Shown here piece by piece: positions 29,938 to 40,507 of a stretch of DNA of 64,000 bases. A program made the translations under genes and the position numbers. The notes beneath the pieces were generated by a model, which ran no database searches, was not told where the DNA came from, and was given only the letters and a program-made list of their open reading frames with translations. The first letter of the stretch is position 1, and every line of letters begins with the position of its first letter. Origin of the DNA: an uncultured Methanosarcinaceae archaeon. GTDB taxonomy: Archaea > Halobacteriota > Methanosarcinia > Methanosarcinales > Methanosarcinaceae. The stretch is taken from positions 640,001 to 704,000 of the forward strand of contig CAWJYV010000007.1 of NCBI GenBank assembly GCA_963847185.1, in the 5' to 3' direction.

Positions 29938-32553
29938 ATGCGGCAAATAATACAAAGATTCATAACTGTTTTTTTATTAATTTTTGCATTAAATCTGATG
30001 ACTGTAGGGAGTGGAGCAGCTATTGCAATTTATGTGAATAACAGCACGGATCCTGTTGCAGATTTCACCTCGATCCAGGCTGCGGTAAATGCTGCAAACT
30101 CTGGAGACGAAATTATTGTCAAACCCGGTACTTATGTGGAAAATCTCAATATCACCAAGAACCTGACTATTGCTTCTGAATCTGGAAATTCTTCAGACAC
30201 TATAATTCAGGCAGCAAAGAGCTCTGAGGACATTTTTACTGTCATGGCAAACGGTGTAAGCATTAAAGGTTTTACTATAAGCGGTTCCACTTACTCTGGA
30301 ATACACTTTTTCGGAGTTACTAATTGCCTTGTTCAAAATAATAATTTATCAAATAATAGCTGTAGTATCGATTTGTGCCAGTTCAGTTCAGGTAATACGC
30401 TGGATAACAATAACATTACGGACAGTATGACCGGCATCAGCCTTGGAGACAGCTGGTATAATATCCTGAGTAATAATTCAATATCAAATTGCACAAATGG
30501 AATTTCACTTTTTGATTCCACAAATAATATCCTGAACAATAGCCTCATATCTAAAAATGTCGAAGGTATTTCTCTAATAGGGGAGTCAAGCAGTAACACT
30601 CTGATAAACAATACTCTATATTCTAATGAAATTGTGGGGTTGAATGTATACGAGACTTCTGACAACCTAATCTACAATAATTATTTCAGTAACACTCTGA
30701 ATGTACAATCAGAACTTGTTTCAGGAGCAAACGTCTGGAATTCCACTAAAATTGAAGGGACTAACATAGTTGGCGGCCCATATCTGGGAGGGAATTTCTG
30801 GGCAAGACCTGATGGCACTGTATATCCTGAGGGAATTAAGGATACTGACCTTGACGGTATTTTTGATGTGCAATATAATATTGAAGGAAACGAATTCATA
30901 GATTTCCTCCCTCTTAAAGAATCGAAGCCTACGACAGTTACTGTAAATAATAGTTCAGCTGACAATAGTACAGATCAGGCTGCGGATTTCACTTCCATCC
31001 AGGCTGCTGTAGACAACTCTTTACCAGGAGATATAATTCTTGTTTCTCCGGGCGTATATAAGGAAAACGTCGATATATATGTAACAAATTTAACTGTCAT
31101 GTCTGAATCCGGAAATCCTGAAGATACAATAATTGAGGCAGCCATCAGTTCGGATGATGTTTTCTATGTTATCGCAGATGGGGTGACAATCAGTGGGCTT
31201 AGTTTAAAAGGACCCGTAAATTCTCCCTATTCCAAAATCCATCTTAATGGAATTAAGCATTGCCTTATCGAAAACAATCAACTTTCTGGTACTGATTCCA
31301 TAAATAATTCTGGAAATGATACCGTAAATAACTCTGAAAATTATTCAGGAAATGATTCAAATTCTGATTCGGGGTTTGGGATCCGTCTGGATTCTTCCAG
31401 CAGTAATATTCTGGGCAATAACTCGGTGTCAGGTAATGGAACCTCTATTCTCCTGAATAATTCCAGTGAAAATATTCTTGGCAATAACACTGCATCAAGC
31501 AATAATTTTGCTTTCTGGATAGATTCTTCTACCAATAATATGCTGGATACGAATAACGCATCAAATAGCAAAATAGGGTTCTATCTGAAAGCTTCCGTAG
31601 GGAACACGCTTAATAACAGTACGGTTCTAAATAATATTTATTCTGGGATCAGTCTGAGGAATTCTACAGAAAATGAACTGAGTAACTCTACAGTATTAAA
31701 TAACAATATCTCTATTTTTTTGCGTAATTCCAGCGGAAATTTGCTGAATGGGAACATAGTATCCAATAACAGTTATGGTATCTGGCTTTACTCTTCCAGC
31801 AATGATAATAATCTGACTAATAACATAGTATCAAATGGCAAAGTAGGTATTCATGTAAAAGACTCAAGTGGAAACGTACTGACAGCCAACGAGGCATCAA
31901 ACAGTACTATACATGGTATTAGTTTATGGGATTCTGTAGGGAACACTTTAAACGACAACAAAGGGTTGAATAACGGCGTCTCTGTCCTGATGTATAACTC
32001 CAGCAATAATATGCTTGTCAATAACACGGCAATCAGCAGCATTTATGGCATATGGATGAATTCTTCCAGCAATAATAACAATCTGACTGATAACAGAGCA
32101 TCAAACAATGAAATCGGGATTTATTTGAGAACATCCAGTTACAACGAGTTGTCTGGTAACGGGGCAAACCTGAACAGTAGGTATGGAGTCTACTTATGGT
32201 CTTCTGGGAACAATAAACTGGATAGTAACAGGGTTGTTTCGAATTCTGAATACGGTCTCTACATTCTTGACTCAGAAAACAACTCGATTTATAATAATTA
32301 CCTCAATAACTTGAACAATACTTATCTCCAGGGTATAAACTCCGGAACAATGTTGAATACGACCAAAACAGAGGGAACGAATATTGTCGAAGGGCCCTAT
32401 TTAGGTGGGAATTTCTGGGCTACACCAAACGGAGATGGTTTCAGCCAAACTCAAGTAGACTCAAATAACGATGGTATCTGCGACGTAGTTTATGCCTTGA
32501 GTAACGAAAGCATTGATTATCTGCCTCTTTCGGGTTCTGGTACTACGGATTAA
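29938..32553 (+). CDS. Cell-surface NosD/CASH right-handed beta-helix protein with duplicated module
   Basis: Signal peptide; ADFTSIQAAV x2; many GIxLxxSSNN repeats; NIVxGPYLGGNFW x2. Confidence 0.9.
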   Translation: MRQIIQRFITVFLLIFALNLMTVGSGAAIAIYVNNSTDPVADFTSIQAAVNAANSGDEIIVKPGTYVENLNITKNLTIASESGNSSDTIIQAAKSSEDIFTVMANGVSIKGFTISGSTYSGIHFFGVTNCLVQNNNLSNNSCSIDLCQFSSGNTLDNNNITDSMTGISLGDSWYNILSNNSISNCTNGISLFDSTNNILNNSLISKNVEGISLIGESSSNTLINNTLYSNEIVGLNVYETSDNLIYNNYFSNTLNVQSELVSGANVWNSTKIEGTNIVGGPYLGGNFWARPDGTVYPEGIKDTDLDGIFDVQYNIEGNEFIDFLPLKESKPTTVTVNNSSADNSTDQAADFTSIQAAVDNSLPGDIILVSPGVYKENVDIYVTNLTVMSESGNPEDTIIEAAISSDDVFYVIADGVTISGLSLKGPVNSPYSKIHLNGIKHCLIENNQLSGTDSINNSGNDTVNNSENYSGNDSNSDSGFGIRLDSSSSNILGNNSVSGNGTSILLNNSSENILGNNTASSNNFAFWIDSSTNNMLDTNNASNSKIGFYLKASVGNTLNNSTVLNNIYSGISLRNSTENELSNSTVLNNNISIFLRNSSGNLLNGNIVSNNSYGIWLYSSSNDNNLTNNIVSNGKVGIHVKDSSGNVLTANEASNSTIHGISLWDSVGNTLNDNKGLNNGVSVLMYNSSNNMLVNNTAISSIYGIWMNSSSNNNNLTDNRASNNEIGIYLRTSSYNELSGNGANLNSRYGVYLWSSGNNKLDSNRVVSNSEYGLYILDSENNSIYNNYLNNLNNTYLQGINSGTMLNTTKTEGTNIVEGPYLGGNFWATPNGDGFSQTQVDSNNDGICDVVYALSNESIDYLPLSGSGTTD

Positions 32554-32759
32554 TAGAGAGCTTTGTATAAGATGTGTTATCCTTACTCTCCGGTATAAGC
32601 CAGCAACCTGGGTGCCAGTGAAAACAGCGAACAGCATTAATGGAGATTGGTGTATGGATTTTATAGGCACCTGCCTGCCAATCTCCAGAAAATGTTTGAT
32701 AAATTATTTTTTTTCTTTTACCCGCCTGAAAAAACTCGGGTAGCTGATTGATTATACAA

Positions 32760-33317
32760 CTACTCACTTTCTTTTTCAGGGGTATTTTCGAGGAATTTCT
32801 GCAACCACACAACATCAAAATACTTCCCAAACTTGGTTCCTGCAGATTTGAACCTACCACATTCAACAAATCCGTTTTTTAAGTGAAAATTCAGGCTTGC
32901 CTCATTTTTCGAAGAAACATTTACAAGGAGGCTTTTCATCTTTTTCTTTTGAGCTTCCCGGCAGAGTGTATCAAATAGCTTTGTTCCTAGCCCTTTTCTC
33001 GTATATGTCGGCAGAATAAAGTATGAGAGAACACCTGTGTGAAGAAAATTCGGAAAGGGTAAATAGGGTTTCAAGGCTCCTATGCCTATAATCCTGCTGT
33101 TTACTTCTATCACATAAAAAGGAAATTGCTCATCTTTCTTCTGCTCATTTCCTTCATAGATATTCTTGAAAAAGTCCGGGCCTACGGGAGTTTCGAGATA
33201 TGCTGCAAAACTATTTTCCACGTAGTAGTTAAAGACTTCAAGCATTTCCTGAATATCTTCAGACATAGCTTCTCTTATTGCAAAAGTTTTGAATTTATCT
33301 TCTTCCAGCATATGCAC
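32760..33317 (-). CDS. GNAT N-acetyltransferase (phosphinothricin acetyltransferase-like)
   Basis: YTRKGLGTKL, NEASLNFHLKNGF, GTKFGKYFDVVWLQK. Confidence 0.88.
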   Translation of the reverse strand: MHMLEEDKFKTFAIREAMSEDIQEMLEVFNYYVENSFAAYLETPVGPDFFKNIYEGNEQKKDEQFPFYVIEVNSRIIGIGALKPYLPFPNFLHTGVLSYFILPTYTRKGLGTKLFDTLCREAQKKKMKSLLVNVSSKNEASLNFHLKNGFVECGRFKSAGTKFGKYFDVVWLQKFLENTPEKESE

Positions 33318-33830
33318 ATAATCTGAGCATAATCATTTAAATTTTTTTATCTGTTGACGGTTAGTTTAGGAAAAGGTTTTACCAGGCGAGTTTAGGGAAG
33401 GGTTGTATCTATAGACACACAGAAGCTTTTCTAAAAGGCATTTTCAATTTTTAAGCCCTTTATGAGGCATATTGCTAGAACCTTGATATAATTTAACTCT
33501 AACCCCATATTTTTTCTACGCCCATCTTAAATTTTTAAGATATGATGGTATATTATCGAAACTGGTGTTTTTTGGACCGGATATTTGTCATGATTTATAT
33601 TTATAATTTATTTTCAGTGAGAAATATATTTATATACTTATGTTTTTCTATTATCCCTGTATAAAATAATGTGATCTTACTCTAATTTCCAGGCTGGGCT
33701 TTAATTTATTAAGAGGGGTCTAAGAGTCCAGAACTCTGAGATGGTTATGCAACTGATATATTTCACTCAATACTCAGTCTTGGAAAATAAAAACCTAAGA
33801 GAAGATATCTTCTCAAGAAGTGAAAAATAG

Positions 33831-34898
33831 ATGTTCCCTAAAGAAAACAAAATTATAGACAAAATTTGTGAAATCCCGGTTACACTTGGAGATGTCTCTG
33901 AAAGCATCTTCGGAGGTGTAAATACAAAAAACAGTCTGTTGAACAGACTTATCCTTCCTGAGGAAGGCGGTTCTGATTCATTTTATCTCTGCGAAGGTCT
34001 CTGCAGACCTGTATTTTTAGAGCCTGAACTTGTTTACCCATATGTATCTGGGTTATTTTCCGAAAAGTTTACTTTTCACCCTTCCCCTTACAGCTTTATG
34101 CTGCCTTATGAGTTTTCCGACGAAAGCAAAAAGGAAGAGTATAGAGTAATTCCTCCCGAGAAGCTAAAAGTCGAATTTCCTATGGCTTACAGAAGAATTC
34201 TGGAATTCAAAAAAGAGTTCCTTCACGATAATTCTTCACTTAGCTCTGCAGATTATAGTATAAAAGGGAGAAAATTCCTGGAGTACTTTAATACTCCCAA
34301 AATCATTGCTACTGAAGGCTATCACTTCCAGGCTGCATACGATTCTGCAGGAAATTGTGTATTTGAAGATGGCTGCGGAATTGTTCTCAAAGATCAGAGT
34401 AAATATCCTTATGTTACTTCAGTACTTAACAGCTCTATTGCTAGACTCTTTCCTGCAGTTTGCAAGTCTGAAATGATGTACTCGAGTGCCTCAGCGCCTG
34501 CGGTCTTAAAACATTTCCCCATTGTATTTCCTGATAACAGGTTGACTGAATCGCTTATAGATACTATTTACAGTTATCTTATGTACCTCAAAAGACAGAA
34601 ATATATAGCATACCATGAGACTTCAGCCTGGTTTGGAGAACTTGAAGGTTTCTACGAGCAAATCTTAGACCTCCTGGTTTTGGATACCTACTTTATAAAT
34701 GAACTTGATTCCCGGCTCATGGATGCCCTCGAAGAAAATATCCATCCTTATGCCGGAGACATGGAATCTGAAAATAGTGAAAACCTTCTAGGTGCTCTGT
34801 ATTACATAAAGCAGAAGATTCTTGAAACCTCAAGTTTTGGAAAATACAGGTTTAATACGGGATTAGCTGGCCTTCTAAGCTTTTCCTCTGAATGGTGA
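33831..34898 (+). CDS. Stand-alone protein resembling the C-terminal (TaqI-C-like) specificity region of type IIG RM enzymes
   Basis: TLGDVSESIFGG, FPMAYRRILEFK, YFNTPKII, YVTSVLNS, LKHFPI; no MTase motifs seen. Confidence 0.6.
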   Translation: MFPKENKIIDKICEIPVTLGDVSESIFGGVNTKNSLLNRLILPEEGGSDSFYLCEGLCRPVFLEPELVYPYVSGLFSEKFTFHPSPYSFMLPYEFSDESKKEEYRVIPPEKLKVEFPMAYRRILEFKKEFLHDNSSLSSADYSIKGRKFLEYFNTPKIIATEGYHFQAAYDSAGNCVFEDGCGIVLKDQSKYPYVTSVLNSSIARLFPAVCKSEMMYSSASAPAVLKHFPIVFPDNRLTESLIDTIYSYLMYLKRQKYIAYHETSAWFGELEGFYEQILDLLVLDTYFINELDSRLMDALEENIHPYAGDMESENSENLLGALYYIKQKILETSSFGKYRFNTGLAGLLSFSSEW

Positions 34899-35367
34899 AG
34901 AAAGCTCCTTTGGATCTTATCTCAAAATCCCTTTTTTAATTTTTATTTTTCCGTTATTTCAAGGGCTTTATCTTTCATTATTTTACATTTAGATTTATAT
35001 GAATAAGTTTATATCTCTTGACATCCCCTGACCCACGAGGTTACAAGCCCTCTCAGGGCAGAAAAGTAATTCTCAAGCAGAAGTAAAAAGACATTTAAAA
35101 TACAATTTTACTGCTTCAGTGATTATCTTTTTGGAGTTCCTTATGCTGCGGAGGTCTGGAGATAATCTATGCAGGCTATTCCCTCCTTAATGCTTACAAA
35201 TTCTTACAAACAGAAGCTCTGAGAGATTTCTAACCTTAAAGTTTTGAGATTGGATATCATCTTTTTCTAAAATCGATAGCCTTCTTTACAATGAGGAAAG
35301 TAGTTTTTCAACACATGCAACTTTATATCTAAGTCTTCGATACATCTAAAGATAACGGAGGTTTTTG

Positions 35368-35844
35368 ATGCCCGAGGTTACTGTTGTTGAACTAAGCCCC
35401 CAAGTAGTACTTGGAATACGCAAGAAAGGCTCTTACCAAGAAATTCCTTTAATGTTTCCCAGAATTTTTGATTTTGCTCTCAACAAAAATATTCAGATTG
35501 CTGGCTATCCCGTTTTCATCTGGCATGAGACTACGGTTGAAGAAGCTCAAAAAGCCGATACAGAAGGAAGTGCTGATATTGAAGTTTCATTCCCGATCTC
35601 AGAAATTATCGAAGTCCCGGAAGATAAGGAAATCCAGGTATATAAACTTCCGGGAGGAAAAATGGCAAAGATTGTTCATAAGGGTCCTTATGAAGAATGC
35701 ATTCTGACCTATGAAAAACTTTTTTCGTGGATTGCAGAAAGTGGAAAAATAATTGTTGGGCCTATTCGTGAGGTATATCTGAATGATCCCAGGGAAGTTC
35801 CGCCTGAAGAGATAACTACTGAAATTTACGCGCCTCTAGATTGA
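35368..35844 (+). CDS. GyrI-like small-molecule-binding protein
   Basis: LPGGKMAKIVHKGPYE, REVYLNDP, TEIYAP; GGAGG RBS. Confidence 0.88.
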   Translation: MPEVTVVELSPQVVLGIRKKGSYQEIPLMFPRIFDFALNKNIQIAGYPVFIWHETTVEEAQKADTEGSADIEVSFPISEIIEVPEDKEIQVYKLPGGKMAKIVHKGPYEECILTYEKLFSWIAESGKIIVGPIREVYLNDPREVPPEEITTEIYAPLD

Positions 35845-36147
35845 AACTGAAAATTTAATGTCCTTTCCTGAGTATTTTTTTCTTTCATTTTCTATTTTTC
35901 TCTTCTCTGTTTTCTTTCCCTTATTTTGTATATTCAGACTTTTGTCTCTTATAAATTCTATACTTCTTCTTAAATTAACACATAAACTTATATACATATT
36001 ACTTACGTAATTACTACAACATCCAGTGTTTTTTGATTTGATCTCGCTTGATTTGATCTTGCCGCCTGTGACAATTTCTCTAACGTTAATTGAAAATAGG
36101 AAGGTCGTCTTATAAATCTTCAAATCTACAATGCTGCATTTCCTTAC

Positions 36148-37833
36148 ATGGGAGCATTAATTTTTTCGGGGCTTATATCCATTTTACTTGCAATTAAAGC
36201 ATACAATACCTTCAATTCTCGAAAGACGCCTTCTTCAAAATATTTCATACTTATTATGCTAAGTATGTCCTTGTGGTCTGTTATTTACTCTTTTGAGGTA
36301 GGATTTATTGATTATGAACTCAAATTTCTTTTTGCCCGCCTGGAGTATTTTGGAATCGCCCTTGCTCCCGTAGCATGGTTTCTATTTGCAGCTGAATATT
36401 CAGGGATATGCAAACAATTCGTGAGAAAGTACGAGAGTATACTTTTCCTTTTTCCTTTTCTTACAATCCTGCTGGTGCTTAGCAGGTTTCATGAGCTCTA
36501 TCTTAAGGTTAGTCCCGGTTTCCATGGAGGCTTACATCTTGTTATCTCACATGGGCCCCTTTTCTGGATTTTTTATGCTTACTCCTTTATTTTAATTGTT
36601 TTTGGAATTTCTTTCTTTTTCAAGCAGTTCTTCAGTCTTTCTGCGCCCTTTAGAGGTCAGGCGGGAATCGTTCTTATGGCAGCTTGTATCCCTCTTCTGG
36701 GAAATATGCTCCATATTGCAGGTGTTGGTCCTTTTGAATTTCTCGATCCAACTCCTTTCTCGTTTACAATCACAGGTTTGATCCTTTTCTGGAGTACAAG
36801 GCAGTATGGATTTCTTAATATCGTTCCGATTGCAAGAGAAAGTGTTGTTGAATCAATGAAAGATGGTTATGTCGTAGTAGATCTTAAAAATTCCATAGTG
36901 GACATCAATAAGGCTGCTCTTGAGCTGACCGGAAAAACGAGAAAAGAAATTCTCGGGAAAGATTTTAATGAACTTTTCGGGGAGGGGATAGACCTTTCTC
37001 ACAATGATATTTATGAAGGTGATTTAGGCAAAGAGCTTTCTTTAAAAAGGGGACTTGATACTAAATTCTTTACTTTCAGTGTCAGTACCCTCAAGACCTG
37101 GGATTATCCGGAGGGTAAATTGATCCTGATTCATGATATTACTGAAATATACCGATATCAAGAAGCTTTGAAACAGGCTAACAAGAAGATAAATCTCATG
37201 AGCACTATCACCAGACATGATATCCTCAATCAGGTAAATGTGCTTTCAGGATATACGGAATTGATCGCTGAGACTCTTCCTCAGGATATTAGGAACGATC
37301 CTCGAATAGGAAAGTACCTTAAAAACCTCAATAAAGGAATTGAGACCATCCATAACCAGATTATTTTCACTAAAGATTACCAGGAACTTGGAGTGGTTTC
37401 TCCAATCTGGCAGTCTATAAACAGTGTGGCAAAAGATGCGGCTTTTGCCTTTTCTGGTCAGGGATTGAAATTTTCCATCGAGGAAAATGAACTGGAAGTG
37501 TACGCTGATCCTTTGTTCAGAAAAGTCTTTTACAACCTTTTTGACAATTCAAGAGCTCATGGAGAGCATGTTACTGAAATCAGCGTCAGCTCCAAGAAGG
37601 TTGAGGAAAGTGTTGTAATCGAAGTAAAGGATAATGGCATAGGAGTTTCTCCTTACATGAAAGAGCCAATTTTCGAGAAATCTGTCGGGAAAAACACGGG
37701 GCTTGGCCTTTTTCTGGTTCGAGGCATTCTTTCTATAACCGGCATGGGAATTAGAGAGATTGGAACTGAGGGAGAAGGCGCGAAGTTTGAGATCACAGTA
37801 CCGCCAGGTAATTGGCGCGGAAACATCCCTTAA
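36148..37833 (+). CDS. Sensor histidine kinase (7TM N-terminal domain, PAS, HATPase)
   Basis: About 7 TM helices, LDPTPF; PAS-like DINKAALELTG; H-box ITRHDILNQ; NLFDNSRAHG, DNGIG, TGLGLF. Confidence 0.9.
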   Translation: MGALIFSGLISILLAIKAYNTFNSRKTPSSKYFILIMLSMSLWSVIYSFEVGFIDYELKFLFARLEYFGIALAPVAWFLFAAEYSGICKQFVRKYESILFLFPFLTILLVLSRFHELYLKVSPGFHGGLHLVISHGPLFWIFYAYSFILIVFGISFFFKQFFSLSAPFRGQAGIVLMAACIPLLGNMLHIAGVGPFEFLDPTPFSFTITGLILFWSTRQYGFLNIVPIARESVVESMKDGYVVVDLKNSIVDINKAALELTGKTRKEILGKDFNELFGEGIDLSHNDIYEGDLGKELSLKRGLDTKFFTFSVSTLKTWDYPEGKLILIHDITEIYRYQEALKQANKKINLMSTITRHDILNQVNVLSGYTELIAETLPQDIRNDPRIGKYLKNLNKGIETIHNQIIFTKDYQELGVVSPIWQSINSVAKDAAFAFSGQGLKFSIEENELEVYADPLFRKVFYNLFDNSRAHGEHVTEISVSSKKVEESVVIEVKDNGIGVSPYMKEPIFEKSVGKNTGLGLFLVRGILSITGMGIREIGTEGEGAKFEITVPPGNWRGNIP

Positions 37834-37999
37834 AAACTCATTTTTGCAGTTCACTTTCCTATAAAAAACCTTATTCTGAAGGATCAAGCCAGAATCGAAA
37901 TACTTCTTTTGTTTAAACCGCACTTAATATCAATTTCACTATCATTTCAATAATATGAGTCTCATTGAGTCAAATTTAAATTCTGGAAAATATGCGGGG

Positions 38000-38320
38000 T
38001 TAAGAGACACCTGTAAAAGCCAGAAAGGCAGTTGATATTACCAGCAACAGGGTTGCAATTATCACTGCAATTAAGAGTTTATTTTGTTTTTCATTTATTT
38101 TGTCAGATCTCTTTCCCATTTCGAAAATTGCTCCTATGCTCACTCCAGCCCCAATCCCAATTGAGACACCTATAACTATCCCTTCCAGAGGGCTTCTCAA
38201 AGCAGGTCCAAGAATAAAAGCTCCATAGAGGCTTCCAAGGGCCGCACCTGCGGCAAAAGATAGTAGCATCCAGCACTTTTCGTTTTCATGTTTGTCTGAT
38301 GTTCCCATTTTCCCTCCCAT
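38000..38320 (-). CDS. Small Gly-rich membrane protein
   Basis: Three hydrophobic segments with GxxxG motifs; start uncertain. Confidence 0.6.
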   Translation of the reverse strand: MGGKMGTSDKHENEKCWMLLSFAAGAALGSLYGAFILGPALRSPLEGIVIGVSIGIGAGVSIGAIFEMGKRSDKINEKQNKLLIAVIIATLLLVISTAFLAFTGVS

Positions 38321-38456
38321 GTATTCAATCTTATATTCTTTCGAAAGTTTCTTCATTTATATGTTTTTATATTCCTTTGCCATTATATTATTTAATTCTA
38401 AAATATTCTCCAGAGAGCATTCTTTCAGTGAACAATTTTTCCACCCGGTGACAGAA

Positions 38457-39482
38457 ATGAGTAAACTTACCTTGAAAGAGAGATTTGAAAAGGCACTAAA
38501 AGGAGAAGCCTTAGATATGGTTCCTGTCTGTTCTGTAACTCAGACCGGCACTGTCGAACTTATGGAAATGGCTGGAGCATACTGGCCCCAGGCAAACTAT
38601 GATGCCAAAAAGATGGCTACGCTTGCACTGGCAGGATATGAGATTGCAGGATTCGAAAATGTCCGCTGTCCTTTCTGCACCACGGTGCTTGCCGAAACAT
38701 TTGGCTGTACGGTAGCTGAAGGAAGTATTGACATACAGCCCTATGTAACCGATTTCCCCTGCAAGAAAAAGAAAGATGTCAAAGAGTTAACAGTTCCTGA
38801 TTCGCTTCTCGAAAGCAGACGGACTTCAATAGTGCTGGATGCAGTTGAAATTCTAAAGGAAAAAGTCGGGGAAGACGTGCCTGTTATTGCCGGACTTGTA
38901 GGCCCTGCCGGACTCGCCTCCATGCTTGCCGGGATGAGAAACTATCTTATGTGGTTTGTAACAAATCCCGAAGTTGTTGAAGAGCTCATGGGGATTTTGA
39001 CCGAGGCATGTATAGAGTATGCAAACGGATTGCTGGATAGGGGAGCGGATGCAGTAACCCTTATAGATTCTGAGGCCGGACCTGATATTATTGCTCCTGA
39101 AATGTTCCAAACATCTGTCTTTCCTCTTTATAGAAAATTCTGCAGGGAGGTTAAAGGCTTGAGAATCCTTCATATGTGCGGAGACGCAACTGCGGTCCTT
39201 GATCCCCTTGCAAATGCAGGGTTTGAGGGGATAAGCATTGAAGAAAAAGTAGGTGTCAGTTTTGCAAAAAAGCTCGTGGGTAATCGAGTACGTCTTATAG
39301 GAAACGTTTCTCCTTCCGACACTCTGCTGACGAAAGGACCTGAAGAAGTTATAATAGAGGCTACTGCCTGCCTTGAAGATGGGATCGATATTCTTGCCCC
39401 TGGTTGCGGGCTTGCTCCTCAGACTCCACTTGCAAATATAAAAGCGCTTCTAAAGGCAAGGGATCTTTATTTCTCACAGTGA
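38457..39482 (+). CDS. MtaA/CmuA-family methylcobamide:CoM methyltransferase
   Basis: PVCSVTQTGT, Zn ligands LHMCG and APGCG, UroD-like fold. Confidence 0.9.
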   Translation: MSKLTLKERFEKALKGEALDMVPVCSVTQTGTVELMEMAGAYWPQANYDAKKMATLALAGYEIAGFENVRCPFCTTVLAETFGCTVAEGSIDIQPYVTDFPCKKKKDVKELTVPDSLLESRRTSIVLDAVEILKEKVGEDVPVIAGLVGPAGLASMLAGMRNYLMWFVTNPEVVEELMGILTEACIEYANGLLDRGADAVTLIDSEAGPDIIAPEMFQTSVFPLYRKFCREVKGLRILHMCGDATAVLDPLANAGFEGISIEEKVGVSFAKKLVGNRVRLIGNVSPSDTLLTKGPEEVIIEATACLEDGIDILAPGCGLAPQTPLANIKALLKARDLYFSQ

Positions 39483-39486
39483 TTTC

Positions 39487-40491
39487 TTACAGTATTTTTT
39501 CCTTAAGGGTCTCCTGAGGAAGCTTCTTAATAAGAAACTCTCTGGTTTCTTTAATCCTGTCTGAATCTTTAAGGCTAATGAATGCTGCACAAATCATTAT
39601 GAGAGCGCAGCCTGCAAGAGTCTCGGCGGATAACTTGATTCCCAGCAAAGCTATATCAAAAAATACCCCGCTGACAGGTTCTATCAGGGCAAGAAGGCTG
39701 CCTGTCTGGGCTTTGAGGTTGGCAAATCCCAGAACCGTGAAAATTTCTCCAAACCCTATGGATACTATCCCGAAGGCTGCAAGCACTTTCAGATTTCCAT
39801 AGAGAATTTCAGGGGATACATCAAGCGCAAAAGGGCTCAGCAACAAAAGAGCGATTCCCATTGGCCAGAAGATGATCGCAAGTTCCGGATACTCTGTTTT
39901 CAGGACTTTTACGTTCATAATCAAGGCTGCAAAGACCACTCCTGAGAGTAATCCTGCCACAATGCCAAGTATGTAATTACTGGTAAGTTCCAATCCTGAG
40001 AATCCTTCTGCAGGTCTGACGATCAGGAATACACCTGCAATTGCGATTAATAGAGCCGCTACGCTTTCTTTTCCTACTTTCTCATTCAGGATAAGAGGAG
40101 AAGCCAGCATTACATATATAGGGGCTGTATACTGGAGCAGGATGGCAATAGAAACACAGGTAATTTTAAGGCAAGTGAAGTAAAGCAACATGCAGGCAAT
40201 AACAAGAAATCCCTGCAATAGAAGGTTTCCTTTCTTTTTCTTTAATTTCAGATCTGAGGTTTTTCCTCTGCTAGCTATATATATGAAAAGAAATAGCAGT
40301 CCGAAAAATAATCTGTAGAAAATTATCGGAGAAATGGCCATATCATGGATCCGGGCAATGAAGAGTCCGTTCATACTGTAAAATATGCAGCCTGTAATTA
40401 CTGCCAGGTGAGCCTTTTTGTTCTCCAGAAGCATTTCAGAGTGGATATTATGCATACTATTTATATATCTATTGGGAAGTGTCATTATCAT
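39487..40491 (-). CDS. DMT/EamA family transporter
   Basis: About 10 TM helices, LQYTAPIYV, LNEKV, IEPV. Confidence 0.88.
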   Translation of the reverse strand: MIMTLPNRYINSMHNIHSEMLLENKKAHLAVITGCIFYSMNGLFIARIHDMAISPIIFYRLFFGLLFLFIYIASRGKTSDLKLKKKKGNLLLQGFLVIACMLLYFTCLKITCVSIAILLQYTAPIYVMLASPLILNEKVGKESVAALLIAIAGVFLIVRPAEGFSGLELTSNYILGIVAGLLSGVVFAALIMNVKVLKTEYPELAIIFWPMGIALLLLSPFALDVSPEILYGNLKVLAAFGIVSIGFGEIFTVLGFANLKAQTGSLLALIEPVSGVFFDIALLGIKLSAETLAGCALIMICAAFISLKDSDRIKETREFLIKKLPQETLKEKIL

Positions 40492-40507
40492 CCGGTAATA
40501 AGCAAGA

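Noticed and set aside
32600-32700. Fluoride riboswitch
   Set aside because: Lacks the consensus nucleotides and lies between convergent gene ends
35018-35047. Bacterial MerR-type promoter (TTGACA...TACAAG) upstream of the GyrI-like gene
   Set aside because: Spacer is 18 bp with no clear dyad, the host is archaeal, and no merR gene is visible
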